The notes beneath the pieces were generated by a model, which was given only the letters and a program-made list of their open reading frames with translations, was not told the DNA's origin and made no database searches. A DNA stretch of 64,000 nucleotides from positions 352,001 through 416,000 of the forward strand of contig CAXXHB010000002.1 of assembly GCA_963664815.2 (NCBI GenBank), read 5' to 3'. Within the stretch, counting starts at the first letter, position 1. Each line of letters starts with the position of its first letter. Of the stretch, positions 32,102-42,098 are shown in pieces. The position numbers and the translations under genes were made by a program. Origin of the DNA: Spirochaetota bacterium. GTDB taxonomy: Bacteria > Spirochaetota > UBA4802 > UBA5550.

Positions 32102-32711
32102 GATTAATTCCTCTTGAGCAGAGATTTATATCATCAGATTCGTTTGTTGCAATGATAACAATTTTATTTATTTTTAGGTCTTCAAGAATAGTGTAAAAAA
32201 TATCACGCCCCTTTGAATCGAGATTGCTGCAGGGTTCATCGAACATAAGTATTTCAGGATTGTTTATGAGAGCATGTATGAGACGAAGTCTTTGTTTCAT
32301 GCCTGATGAATAATATTTAACATGTTTGGTTCTGTGCCGGTAAAGATCAAATTTTTCAAGATATTCAGTTATCAGATTCTCATTGACCGAAACAGCGGAT
32401 GAAAATTTAAGATTTTCTGTTGCAGTAAGCATTTCATAAGGATTAACCTGAGGACCAGTAAACCCGAAAAAATTTTTATAATTTTCAATGTTTATAACAG
32501 AATTATCCGACGAGTATATTACATTTCCGGATGTAGTTTTTTGAATACCGGCAAGAATTTGCAGTAAAGTGGATTTGCCTGAACCGTTAGGTCCCGTAAT
32601 ATAAAACGTATCACCCGTATCAAGATTAAAATTAATATTACGGAACAGAAATGTTTTTCCGAATTTTTTTTCTATATTTTCCGCTTTAATACTTATAGAT
32701 TTATTATGCAT
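32091..32711 (-). CDS. ccmA: ABC ATPase CcmA
   Basis: GPNGSGKST, YSSGMKQR and FDEP motifs; overlaps ccmB. Confidence 0.9.
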   Translation of the reverse strand: MHNKSISIKAENIEKKFGKTFLFRNINFNLDTGDTFYITGPNGSGKSTLLQILAGIQKTTSGNVIYSSDNSVINIENYKNFFGFTGPQVNPYEMLTATENLKFSSAVSVNENLITEYLEKFDLYRHRTKHVKYYSSGMKQRLRLIHALINNPEILMFDEPCSNLDSKGRDIFYTILEDLKINKIVIIATNESDDINLCSRGINLEQ

Positions 32712-32715
32712 TATT

Positions 32716-33351
32716 TTATTTATCTGTAAATTTATGTTTTAGATGTTTCCCGTCGCAGAAGGGTTTATTTTTCGAATAACCACATCTGCAGAGAACAAAA
32801 TGGTCATATGTTTCAGGTTTTGATCCCTGATCATCTTTGAGAATAATTCCTCCATAAAACTCAAGGGGACCTCTTTTTGACACTTTAATTTTCGGTTCTC
32901 CATTGTAAAAGTCTGTAAATTTTTTATCGTTTAATGTATAGCTTAATGCGCCGGAAGGGCAATGTTTTATTACATCAATTATTCTGTCTACATCGCTGTT
33001 ATCGGGGCTGATCCATGGTCTTATGTTTATGTTAAATACTTTAGGCAGCATTCTTACACAGGAACCATCATGCGAGCATACACCGAGATTAAAATGAACA
33101 GTTATATCTTTCCCGGGATAGTCTTTCCATTTATAAGGATCCCTGTCCGGTTGTTTTTCCCCGTCTATTCCATTTATGGAATGAGTTCCGTCACAGAATG
33201 GCTTTTTCTCTGACTGACCGCATCTGCATAGAGATGCAACAGAATCAATATTTATAATTTCACCATTGTATTTCTCAATTTTGTCAGCGTCAATGATCAT
33301 ATAAGGTGAAAATCTTGTAAATGCTATTATGGGTTTCTTTTTATCGTTCAT
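32716..33351 (-). CDS. CDGSH - divergent 4Fe-4S (Fer4_19-like) - CDGSH iron-sulfur protein
   Basis: Two LCRCG.S..KPFCDG.H motifs flank CSHDGSC...CPSGAL. Start at 33351 (AAGGA upstream) or 33372. Confidence 0.88.
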   Translation of the reverse strand: MNDKKKPIIAFTRFSPYMIIDADKIEKYNGEIINIDSVASLCRCGQSEKKPFCDGTHSINGIDGEKQPDRDPYKWKDYPGKDITVHFNLGVCSHDGSCVRMLPKVFNINIRPWISPDNSDVDRIIDVIKHCPSGALSYTLNDKKFTDFYNGEPKIKVSKRGPLEFYGGIILKDDQGSKPETYDHFVLCRCGYSKNKPFCDGKHLKHKFTDK

Positions 33352-33875
33352 GGATAATTCCTTGATAATCATAAAGATTTATCACTCTATATAATGCTTT
33401 TATTGTTTTCAAGAAATTATCTTGATTATTATTAATAATTCATTAATATATATAGTTACCAAATCTCTGTTTTACAACAGATGGCACGTTCATTAGTGTT
33501 TATGAAATGAAGCTCACTCTTTGACCTTTGTAAAATTGAGTTATAATTGTCTTTACTGAAAGGTAAGAAATAATTATAAATTATTGTTTCATTAAAAAAA
33601 CAATTATGAAATTTTTTATTTATTAGTTTATTATAACCTTTGAAAATTTAACTATAATGAAATTAATAATAAACACATAATGAGTAAAATCTTTGCAGGA
33701 ATTGCAGGAAGCGAGAAAAATTTCTTCATGTCTGAATAAAGAATATATATTGTTATAACAATGAGACTCTAAAAAATAATATTTGTTAAATGCTCTGGAA
33801 CAATTAAAGCAATCTGTATAAATAACTATAAATAATTTAAATTATAAGGAAAATACTCAATTATCTGTAAATATC

Positions 33876-33904
33876 TTGACTGGACTCAGGTTTGATTTTT
33901 TAAT
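33876..33904 (+). promoter_or_regulatory. Putative sigma70 promoter upstream of the uraA leader
   Basis: TTGACT-N17-TTTAAT. Confidence 0.4.
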
Positions 33905-33923
33905 AAAATCTGATATGTTTCAA

Positions 33924-34029
33924 AGGCTTTTTCGGATAAGATTTATGAATAGTTGTAAAGCTTGAGATTGCAGATATTATTCGAGAGTTACAATTTATTA
34001 GTTAGCTTCAGTAAATCTTACGGAGACCT
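33924..34029 (+). ncRNA. Candidate structured RNA (rod-like hairpin) in the uraA leader
   Basis: Nested helices AGG/CCT, TTTTCG/CGGAGA, TAAGATTTA/TAAATCTTA, TGAA/TTCA, TTGTAA/TTACAA and CTTGAG/TTCGAG. Confidence 0.4.
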
Positions 34030-34071
34030 GCATCCTATATAAATAACAAATTATCGTAAAAGGAGTGTATT

Positions 34072-35355
34072 ATGCCACGAAGAATTATCCAGGTAGAGGA
34101 AAAGGTGGGCTTTCTGGAGGGCTTTCCTTTAAGTCTTCAACACCTTTTTGCAATGTTTGGCGCTTCAGTTCTTGTACCTACACTGTTTGGTATTGATCCG
34201 GCCATTGTACTTTTAATGAACGGCGTTGGAACATTAATCTATCTTTTTATCTGTAAGGGGAAAGCCCCGGCTTTTCTTGGTTCAAGTTTTGCTTTTATAT
34301 CACCGGTTTTTGTTGTTCTTGGCACCGATAAAAACTTATGGCAGGCAAATTATTCATTTGTACTTGGCGGATTCATCGCGGCAGGCTGTGTATTTATTCT
34401 GGTAGCTCTGATAATAGGTGTTTTCGGACCGGACTGGATAAAAGTTGTACTCCCTCCGGCGACAATGGGTCCGATTGTGGCACTTATAGGTCTTGAGCTT
34501 GCCGGCGTAGCTGCGCAAATGGCGGGACTTATACCTGCTTCTTATCATCCACAAATAACCGGTGACTGGATTGTTATTTCCATGATTACGCTTGCAGTTG
34601 CTGTGTTTGGGTCTATTCTTTTCAGGGGATTTTTATCTGTTATTCCGATATTGATAGCTATTATTGTAGGTTATATAGCTGCATGGAGTATGGGATTGGT
34701 TAAATTTGACGGAGTAGCTGCAGCAGGTTACCTGGCAATTCCGACGTTTTATACTCCTAAATTTAATATTAATGCGATAATTGTAATACTTCCGGCTGCG
34801 CTTGTAGTAATATCAGAACATATAGGCCATCTCCTTGTAACAGGTAAAATTGTTGAGAAGGATCTTACAGTAGATCCGGGACTTCACAGATCACTGATGG
34901 GAGACGGAATTTCTACGGTTATCTCAGGATTTACAGGATCTGTTCCGACAACTACTTATGGTGAAAATATTGGTGTTATGGCTATAACTAGAGTATATAG
35001 CGTCTGGATAATCGGTGGTGCAGCAGTTATCTCAATAATCCTTGCATTCATAGGAAAGCTTTCTGCAGTGATTCAATCTATACCATCACCTGTAATGGGA
35101 GGAATATGCCTTCTCCTTTTTGGAATTATTGCAGCTTCGGGTATAAGGATGATTGTTGAAGAGAAGGTTGACTATAGTAAATCATCAAATCTTGTTCTTA
35201 CATCAGTAGTTTTTATAGTTGGTATAAGCGGAACATTTGTAAAGATTGGTCATGTAGAACTTCGCGGAATGGCGCTTGCAACTGTTGTAGGTATGATTTT
35301 AAGCATTATTTTTCATATGCTTGAAAAATATAAACTGACGAATGATCTGAAATAA
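34072..35355 (+). CDS. uraA: Uracil permease (NCS2 family)
   Basis: SLQHLFAMFG, LGSSFAF, SEHIGH and TTYGENIG motifs. Confidence 0.95.
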   Translation: MPRRIIQVEEKVGFLEGFPLSLQHLFAMFGASVLVPTLFGIDPAIVLLMNGVGTLIYLFICKGKAPAFLGSSFAFISPVFVVLGTDKNLWQANYSFVLGGFIAAGCVFILVALIIGVFGPDWIKVVLPPATMGPIVALIGLELAGVAAQMAGLIPASYHPQITGDWIVISMITLAVAVFGSILFRGFLSVIPILIAIIVGYIAAWSMGLVKFDGVAAAGYLAIPTFYTPKFNINAIIVILPAALVVISEHIGHLLVTGKIVEKDLTVDPGLHRSLMGDGISTVISGFTGSVPTTTYGENIGVMAITRVYSVWIIGGAAVISIILAFIGKLSAVIQSIPSPVMGGICLLLFGIIAASGIRMIVEEKVDYSKSSNLVLTSVVFIVGISGTFVKIGHVELRGMALATVVGMILSIIFHMLEKYKLTNDLK

Positions 35356-35373
35356 ACAGCGGCAAAGAGAAGA

Positions 35374-35410
35374 AAAAATAAAAGCAGGACTAAAGCCTGC
35401 TTTTATTTTT
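35374..35410. terminator. Bidirectional intrinsic terminator
   Basis: AAAAATAAAAGCAGG-N7-CCTGCTTTTATTTTT between uraA and ybaK. Confidence 0.85.
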
Positions 35411-35480
35411 AATATATGATTTGAAATTTGTTTTGGCATTTTTGCCGGAGATAATTGCTTAATGAAATACCGCTAACAGC

Positions 35481-35945
35481 TCATGTAAGATCGCAAAATT
35501 TACCTTCTATAACTTCAGAGAGATCAATGGGAGACATAGATATCTGCATACCCCGAATTCCTGCACTTATATAAATTATTTCGTGAAGCATTGCTGTTTC
35601 ATCGATAAATGCAGGGAATAATTTCTTCATCCCAATTGGAGAACATCCGCCTCGGATGTATCCTGTAACAGGTAACAATTCTTTTACTTTTAGCATTTCA
35701 ATACTTTTTGAATTTGAAATGGCGGCTGCTTTCTTTAAATTTAATTCAAAATTGCCCGGAATTACGAAAATCATTGTCATGTTTTTATCATTTCTTGCCA
35801 CAAGGGTTTTAAAAACTGTTTCATGCTGAGTACCGATTGCTTCTGCAACTGTAACTGCATCTAAACAATCTTCTTTGTAATTATATTCTATTGTTGTATG
35901 CGGGATTTTTTTTGACTCAAGAATACGAATTACGTTTGTTTTCAT
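35481..35945 (-). CDS. ybaK: Cys-tRNA(Pro) deacylase YbaK/EbsC
   Basis: MKTN..R.L, VFKTLV, TGYIRGGCSPIG and SAG.RG motifs. Confidence 0.95.
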   Translation of the reverse strand: MKTNVIRILESKKIPHTTIEYNYKEDCLDAVTVAEAIGTQHETVFKTLVARNDKNMTMIFVIPGNFELNLKKAAAISNSKSIEMLKVKELLPVTGYIRGGCSPIGMKKLFPAFIDETAMLHEIIYISAGIRGMQISMSPIDLSEVIEGKFCDLT

Positions 35946-36145
35946 TTAAGACAACCTGTTTAATTGATTAAATAACAATATACGTTTTAATAAGTAAATA
36001 AATATTATTAATCAGATAAAAATAGAATATGTAATGTTTGCGATTTTATATTTTATAAAGCTCCGGAAAGATGTAAGTCTAAATAGTTGTTTCAGTAAAG
36101 AGTAATTCGCTATCGTTTAAATAAGCATAATAAATAAAAATATTT

Positions 36146-36505
36146 TTAATGAAGCATGAACGAAAGTTCAACGAAAGGTTCTGAAAATTTTATTACTGCA
36201 AAAAAAGTGCCATCTTCCGGTGATAAATCATATTTTTTATTAACCTCTGAATCTGAAATTACAGTTCCTGATCTTAAAACTTTACCTGTAGTTTTAAGAA
36301 TGATAAGTTCATCATTTTTTACGAATGAAAATATCATATCAAGTATTGAATTTGCTTCCACAAGAAGCTCAGTAACCATATATATTCCGCCAAGACTGAT
36401 GTTGTATACTTTCCCGTTAGTGCTGCTTATAATACTGTTATCGAATAATGAATACTGAATTTTCATTTCTTTATCATAACGTGGATATTGACGGTTTTCG
36501 TTCAT
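36146..36505 (-). CDS. Single-domain PilZ protein (c-di-GMP receptor)
   Basis: RQYPR (RxxxR) and NISLGG (D/NxSxxG) motifs are both intact. Confidence 0.85.
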   Translation of the reverse strand: MNENRQYPRYDKEMKIQYSLFDNSIISSTNGKVYNISLGGIYMVTELLVEANSILDMIFSFVKNDELIILKTTGKVLRSGTVISDSEVNKKYDLSPEDGTFFAVIKFSEPFVELSFMLH

Positions 36506-36619
36506 TTTTTAAAACCTCTAGTGTGAGTATTGTATTAAATATATTATTAATATTACATATACGTCAATCGTAAAATACTGGTATTTTTTAATGGTTAAAA
36601 ATTGTTTAAGCTGTTGATG

Positions 36620-38902
36620 TTATTTCTTGATCATATCTGATAACCCGGAAAAGGGGCTGTTTCTTAGAGATTGTGATTTCTTCAAAGTATTTTTTTTACC
36701 AGAATCTTTTTCCTGTATTTCTTTTTTTGTCTTATCCGGTTTGCCTTCTTTTTTCAGTTCATCTTTTTCAGGATTCTGTTTCATTGAAAGAGATATTCTT
36801 TTTCTTTCCATATCAACATCAAGAACGGTAACATATACATTCTGATGGATTTTTATAATATCAGATGGTTTTTCTACATAGTTGTCTGAAAGATGGCTGA
36901 TATGTACAAGACCGTCTTGATGTACTCCTATGTCAATAAAAGCGCCGAAGGCAGTAACATTGGTTACAATTCCTGGAAGCTTCATTCCAGGTTCTAGATC
37001 AGAAATCCGGTGAATTCTTTCTGAAAAGTTAAATGACTGGAACACTTTCCTGGGATCTCGTCCGGGGAGTGCAAGTTCATTCATTATATCATTAAGAGTA
37101 AGGAGACCGATATTTTCATTTATATAATTCTTAAGAATAATTTTTTCCCTTAACAAGCTGTTGTTCATCAGATCAGTTACAGTACATGAAAGGTCAGAAG
37201 CCATTTGTTCGACAATTTTATAACTTTCAGGATGAACTGCACTTCTATCAAGAGGATTTTTCGAATCCCTTACGCGAAGAAAACCTGCGGCCTGTTCAAA
37301 AGTTTTTGATCCCATTCCCTGAATTTTTTTCAGTTCATCTCTTGATTTAAAGGGACCCTTTATGGTTCTTGCTTCAACTATGGTATCAGCCATTTTCGGT
37401 GAGAGCCCTGAAACATATCTCAGGAGGTGACCGCTTGCGGTATTTACTTCAACTCCTACTGAATTGACGCAGCTTGAAATAACTTCATCAAGAGATTTTT
37501 TAAGATCCTTCTGGTTAACATCATGTTGATATTGACCCACACCAATAGCTTTGGGATCAATCTTTACAAGCTCTGCCAGCGGATCCATAAGTCTTCTTCC
37601 TATTGAGACGGCACCCCTTACAGTAACATCGTGATCAGGGAATTCTTTTCTGGCTGTTTCCGATGCAGAATAGACGGATGCTCCGCTTTCATTGACCATT
37701 GTAATTATTAAATTTTCAAGTTTTAGTTCATTGCAGAAAACAAACGTTTCTCTCCCTGCGGTACCGTTTCCTATTGCGATAGCTTCGATCTTATATTGTT
37801 TACATAGTTCAATAATTGTTTTAGCTGATTCCGTTTTTTTGTTGTGAGGTTCAAGGGGATAAATTGTGTCATTATAAAGGAGAGTCCCCTGTCTGTTTAA
37901 GATCACAAGTTTGCATCCTGTACGAAACCCAGGGTCAAGGGCAAGAACTGACTTCTCGCCAAGGGGAGAGGTCATAAGAAGTTCTTTGATATTGTCTGAA
38001 AAGACTTTTATGGCTTCTTCATCAGCACGTTTTTTTAACGCAGATCTGATTTCAGTTTCCATTGATGGGCTCATAAGTCGTTTATAACAATCTTTTACAG
38101 CCAGGCGGACCTGGGTGGAAAATGCGTTGTCATTTTTAATGATTTCATTTCCTAATATCTTTAAAGCCTCATCTTCTTCCGGTAAAAAATGAACTGTAAG
38201 ATAACCTTCATCCGCTCCGCGGAGAAGTGCGAGAATCCTGTGTGAAGGAGCTTTTGAAACTGATTCAGACCATTCAAAATAGTCACGATATTTTTCACCA
38301 TCATCCTCCTTCCCCTTGATTATTTTTGAGGACATTGAAGATTGTTGTATAAACAGGTTACGTATCTGTTGTCTTACGGTTCCGTTTTCATTTATCCATT
38401 CCGCTATAATATCCCGCACTCCCTGAAGAACATCATCGGTTGTATTTAAACCGAATTCAGTATTCAGATATTTTAATGCAGTTTTTTCAAGATCAAACAT
38501 TTTTTGTGAATAAATAAGTACGGCAAGAGGTTCGAGCCCTTTTTCTTTTGCTATGCTACCTCTTGTTTTTCGTTTAGGTTTAAAAGGTAGATATATATCT
38601 TCAAGATTTGCCATGGTTTTTGCTGATAGGATTTCTTTTTCGAGTTCCGGAGTAAGTTTTTCCATCTCTGTCATAGATTTAAGAATAGATTCTCTTCTTT
38701 TATCGAGTTCTTCAAGCTGTTCAAGTCTATCACGGATTGAGGTTATCTGTACCTCATCAAGACCATTCGTAACCTCTTTTCTGTAACGGGCGATAAAAGG
38801 TATTGTTGAGTCTTCAGAAAGAAGGAGTGCAACAGCTTTAACCTGTTTTTCCTTAATATTGAGTTCACTGCTTGTAATCTGAATATTTTTTATATTGAAC
38901 AT
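36620..38902 (-). CDS. tex: Tex transcription accessory protein
   Basis: TIPFIARYRKE, DPGFRTGCK, ESGASVYSAS, IGVGQYQHD and a C-terminal S1 domain. Confidence 0.96.
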   Translation of the reverse strand: MFNIKNIQITSSELNIKEKQVKAVALLLSEDSTIPFIARYRKEVTNGLDEVQITSIRDRLEQLEELDKRRESILKSMTEMEKLTPELEKEILSAKTMANLEDIYLPFKPKRKTRGSIAKEKGLEPLAVLIYSQKMFDLEKTALKYLNTEFGLNTTDDVLQGVRDIIAEWINENGTVRQQIRNLFIQQSSMSSKIIKGKEDDGEKYRDYFEWSESVSKAPSHRILALLRGADEGYLTVHFLPEEDEALKILGNEIIKNDNAFSTQVRLAVKDCYKRLMSPSMETEIRSALKKRADEEAIKVFSDNIKELLMTSPLGEKSVLALDPGFRTGCKLVILNRQGTLLYNDTIYPLEPHNKKTESAKTIIELCKQYKIEAIAIGNGTAGRETFVFCNELKLENLIITMVNESGASVYSASETARKEFPDHDVTVRGAVSIGRRLMDPLAELVKIDPKAIGVGQYQHDVNQKDLKKSLDEVISSCVNSVGVEVNTASGHLLRYVSGLSPKMADTIVEARTIKGPFKSRDELKKIQGMGSKTFEQAAGFLRVRDSKNPLDRSAVHPESYKIVEQMASDLSCTVTDLMNNSLLREKIILKNYINENIGLLTLNDIMNELALPGRDPRKVFQSFNFSERIHRISDLEPGMKLPGIVTNVTAFGAFIDIGVHQDGLVHISHLSDNYVEKPSDIIKIHQNVYVTVLDVDMERKRISLSMKQNPEKDELKKEGKPDKTKKEIQEKDSGKKNTLKKSQSLRNSPFSGLSDMIKK

Positions 38903-39317
38903 TTAGTTTCCTCAACATCTTAATTATTAATTGCATTTTTGCTCATGGATAGGCAGATTAATATTTATCAGATACATCTTTGTTAAAATATTATATTTAT
39001 CCATTAAAAAACAAAAATTAAATTCAGCACAATCTGAATAATATGAAATAGGTTTCATTTCCTATCCGGCAGACAGATCAACGTGCTTAATTATAAAAAT
39101 TGACAATATAATGTGTATTGTTTCGGGCAAGGAAAATTTTTTTAAAAGATCAGCAATAAAATATTTAAAATGCATAATTTGTCAGGAGATGACAACAATT
39201 GCTGAACGGAAGTAAAATCTATGTTTTAAATTCATATATTAGTTTTTTATATTTGAAAAGATCACATGAATGAAAATAAACAATTGTATCTTGATGTTTT
39301 TGTGCAATTTTTTCTTA

Positions 39318-39347
39318 ATTAAACTCCCCGTTTTTGGGGAGTTTAAT
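39318..39347 (-). terminator. Terminator after rubrerythrin
   Basis: ATTAAACTCCCC/GGGGAGTTTAAT inverted repeat. Confidence 0.7.
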
Positions 39348-39358
39348 CGGAGGATGAA

Positions 39359-39934
39359 TCAATAATTTGTTTCTTTGATTTCAAAATATGATTGCGAATG
39401 GAGACATGCAGGACATTTTTCAGGGGCCTTGTCCCCCTCATGTAAATATCCGCAATTTCTGCATTTCCATGTTATTTTACCATTTCTGGAAAAGACATTT
39501 CCATTTTGAAGATTGTCATAGAGTGTTCTATACCTGCTTTCATGTGCTTTTTCAACAGTTGCTATCATTTTAAAAGCAATGGCGACTTCTTTAAAACCCT
39601 CCTGTTCAGCTATTTTGGCAAAATCCTGGTATAGGATTGTCCACTCTTCTTTTTCTCCATCAGCAGCGGCTTTAAGGTTTTCAAGAGTTGTGCCGATTAT
39701 TCCTGCCGGATATGTTGCGGTAATTTCTACAGGCCCACCTTCAAGAAAGCTGAAAAACCTCTTGGCATGTTCTTTTTCGTTCAATGCTGTTTCTTCGAAA
39801 ATAGAAGCAATCTGTTCAAGACCCTCCTTTTTTGCCTGGCTGGCAAAGTAATTATATCTCATCCTGGCTTGTGATTCACCTGCGAATGCTTTGAGCAGAT
39901 TCTGTTCTGTTTTTGTTCCTTTTATTGAATTCAT
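39359..39934 (-). CDS. rbr: Rubrerythrin
   Basis: [18 protein letters not shown] and C-terminal CRNCG...CPAC rubredoxin-like domain. Confidence 0.96.
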   Translation of the reverse strand: MNSIKGTKTEQNLLKAFAGESQARMRYNYFASQAKKEGLEQIASIFEETALNEKEHAKRFFSFLEGGPVEITATYPAGIIGTTLENLKAAADGEKEEWTILYQDFAKIAEQEGFKEVAIAFKMIATVEKAHESRYRTLYDNLQNGNVFSRNGKITWKCRNCGYLHEGDKAPEKCPACLHSQSYFEIKETNY

Positions 39935-40103
39935 TCATTCTCTCCTTTTAGTTAAAATAATTAGTTTATGATAAGCAACAATATGATGCAGAGACTTTGA
40001 GTTTATGAAGATTACAATTTATACTCTAAACTCTGAAAAAAATAATATCAAAAACAGCATTTAAATATTTTTTATTGTTAATTATAAGCTAATTATAATA
40101 AAA

Positions 40104-40826
40104 TTATCTGATAAGTTCAAAACTGGATTTGTCAGTTCCACATACCGGGCATCTCCAATCATCACCTAATTTATTGAAATCAGTTCCTGCCGGAAAACCA
40201 TGTTCCTTATCTTCAATGGAAGGATCAAAAATATATCCGCAGATAAGGCATTTGTATTTATCTATATTGGATTCAGATGTATTAATTGATTCAGGACTTA
40301 TATAAGTAGGAGCATTTTTCGGAGCCTTACCTTTTCTTTCCTCCCTGTAGTAGGCGTATGTAAGAGGTTCTCCGGTTTTATCGATTATATCATTGTCAAC
40401 TATTTCTGTAGTAAACAGAATATGTGTACCGACATCAAATGTCTGCACAACCCTGCATTCAAACCATGCTATAGTATCTTCAAGAAGAATAGGAGTACCA
40501 GTTGATCCTGTTTTAAATTTAATATTGGCAAACTTATCAATATCTTTTCCGCTTTGATAACCAAATATACTAATTAATTGAGAAGATGCTTCTTTTTTAA
40601 GAACAGAAATGGAAAGGATTTTACTTTTATTGATCAATTCAGCGGTATAATTATTCTTACTGCAGCAAACAGCGAATTGAGCAGGTTCTGCTGTTACCTG
40701 AAAGACCGCATTTGAAATATAACCGTTTAATTTATCATTTAATCTTGAACTAACAACATAAAGTCCGTATGATATTTTAAAAAAAGCCTCAAGATTTACT
40801 GCAGAATTTTTATGCTGTATAATCAT
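40104..40826 (-). CDS. Flavin reductase-rubredoxin fusion (Hrb-like)
   Basis: ISYGLYVV, GTH and PLTYAYY, plus C-terminal CLICGY...WRCPVCG. Confidence 0.9.
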   Translation of the reverse strand: MIIQHKNSAVNLEAFFKISYGLYVVSSRLNDKLNGYISNAVFQVTAEPAQFAVCCSKNNYTAELINKSKILSISVLKKEASSQLISIFGYQSGKDIDKFANIKFKTGSTGTPILLEDTIAWFECRVVQTFDVGTHILFTTEIVDNDIIDKTGEPLTYAYYREERKGKAPKNAPTYISPESINTSESNIDKYKCLICGYIFDPSIEDKEHGFPAGTDFNKLGDDWRCPVCGTDKSSFELIR

Positions 40827-41107
40827 ATAATTTCCTTTTGTATTTAACTAAGAATATTTAGGTATTTTATATAAAACTAAGTTACTATAATTATCTATAT
40901 TTTCAAAGATTTTTTAATAATTAATTAAATATTTAACTAATTATTAACCGTCTTTCTGTTATTATTTTAGAATTTAAAATAAATATTAAATAGAACCATA
41001 TTAGTATTTAAGATTAAATTAATAATAATTTATTGCTGAAAATGATAGAGGTTGAAATTATCAACAAGGGAGTTTTGTGAATTAAATAATTTTATTGAAG
41101 TGAGATT

Positions 41108-41788
41108 ATGTTTAATCGTTCAGATTTAAAAAATGGATTTTTTTCGGGGCTTCCTGTTTTTATTGGATATTTCCCAATCGCGGTAACCTTCGGATTGCTG
41201 GCTAAATCGATCAATCTTTCACTTTTGGAATCATTTTGTTTCTCAGCACTTGTTTTCGCCGGTGCGAGCCAGTTTGTCGGCCTGAATATGTTTCATGCAG
41301 GGATCGGAATTGGTGAAATTACACTTACGGTTTTTCTTCTGAATTTCAGGCATTTTCTTATGAGTGCAACTATCGCTTCCGGAACATATTTTAAAAAGGT
41401 GTCGATACCATTTATTGCATTTGGAATTACCGATGAAACTTTTGCCGTAGCATCAATGAAAGAGGAAGTATTATCGGAAAGCTATATGCTTGCTTTGAAT
41501 TTTACTGCATATATTGGGTGGGTTGCGGGAACCGTAGCTGGATATCTTGCCGGTGATTTTCTTTCATTAAATATCCAGTCGAGTATTTCAATCTGTCTGT
41601 ATGCGATGTTTGTAGCAATACTGATTCCGGCGATAAAAAAATCTTTCACAGCAGGTGCTGTAGCTGTAATTGCAGGTGGAGTGAATTCGCTTCTGGGTTA
41701 TACTGGTCTTTTAGGTTCAGGGTGGAATATAATAATATCAATAATTGCAGCATCGCTTACGGGAATGTTTTTGTTCAAGGAAGTGTAA
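41108..41788 (+). CDS. azlC: AzlC family branched-chain amino acid exporter
   Basis: VFAGASQF, LNFRHFLMS and ITDETFA motifs. Confidence 0.93.
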   Translation: MFNRSDLKNGFFSGLPVFIGYFPIAVTFGLLAKSINLSLLESFCFSALVFAGASQFVGLNMFHAGIGIGEITLTVFLLNFRHFLMSATIASGTYFKKVSIPFIAFGITDETFAVASMKEEVLSESYMLALNFTAYIGWVAGTVAGYLAGDFLSLNIQSSISICLYAMFVAILIPAIKKSFTAGAVAVIAGGVNSLLGYTGLLGSGWNIIISIIAASLTGMFLFKEV

Positions 41789-41792
41789 TAGT

Positions 41793-42098
41793 ATGAATTC
41801 TTTTTCGGTTATTATTTTAATGATGATAGTTACGTATTTGCCCCGAATGCTTCCAATGTATTTTATTAATGTTGAAAAAATTCCTATTGAACTGAAAAGA
41901 TTTCTGTCATTTATTCCTTATGCTGCTCTTGGGGCGCTTATATTTCCTGGTAGTATTAACTCAATCAATGGAAAACCGGAGGTCTCGGTTATTGGTATAA
42001 CAACAGCAGCGATTATTGCCTGGTTTAGCGGTAATATTATAGTTACTGTTGTTCTCACTGTTGCTGCAACATACTTGTTGCTATTTACCGGAATTTAG
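41793..42098 (+). CDS. azlD: AzlD family protein
   Basis: VTYLPRMLP and FIPYAALGALIFP; ATG 4 nt after the azlC stop. Confidence 0.9.
   Translation: MNSFSVIILMMIVTYLPRMLPMYFINVEKIPIELKRFLSFIPYAALGALIFPGSINSINGKPEVSVIGITTAAIIAWFSGNIIVTVVLTVAATYLLLFTGI

Noticed and set aside
33482-33497. Sigma54-like TGGCAC-N5-TTAG
   Set aside because: The -12 element is TTAG rather than TTGC, and no convincing gene follows.
33680-33739. 19-codon ORF (MSKIFAGIAGSEKNFFMSE) with a TTGCAGGAA direct repeat
   Set aside because: No RBS and too short to support.
40082-40098. PerR/Fur-like dyad TTATAAGCTAATTATAA upstream of rubrerythrin
   Set aside because: Spacing does not match the 7-1-7 Per box, and such dyads are common at this AT content.
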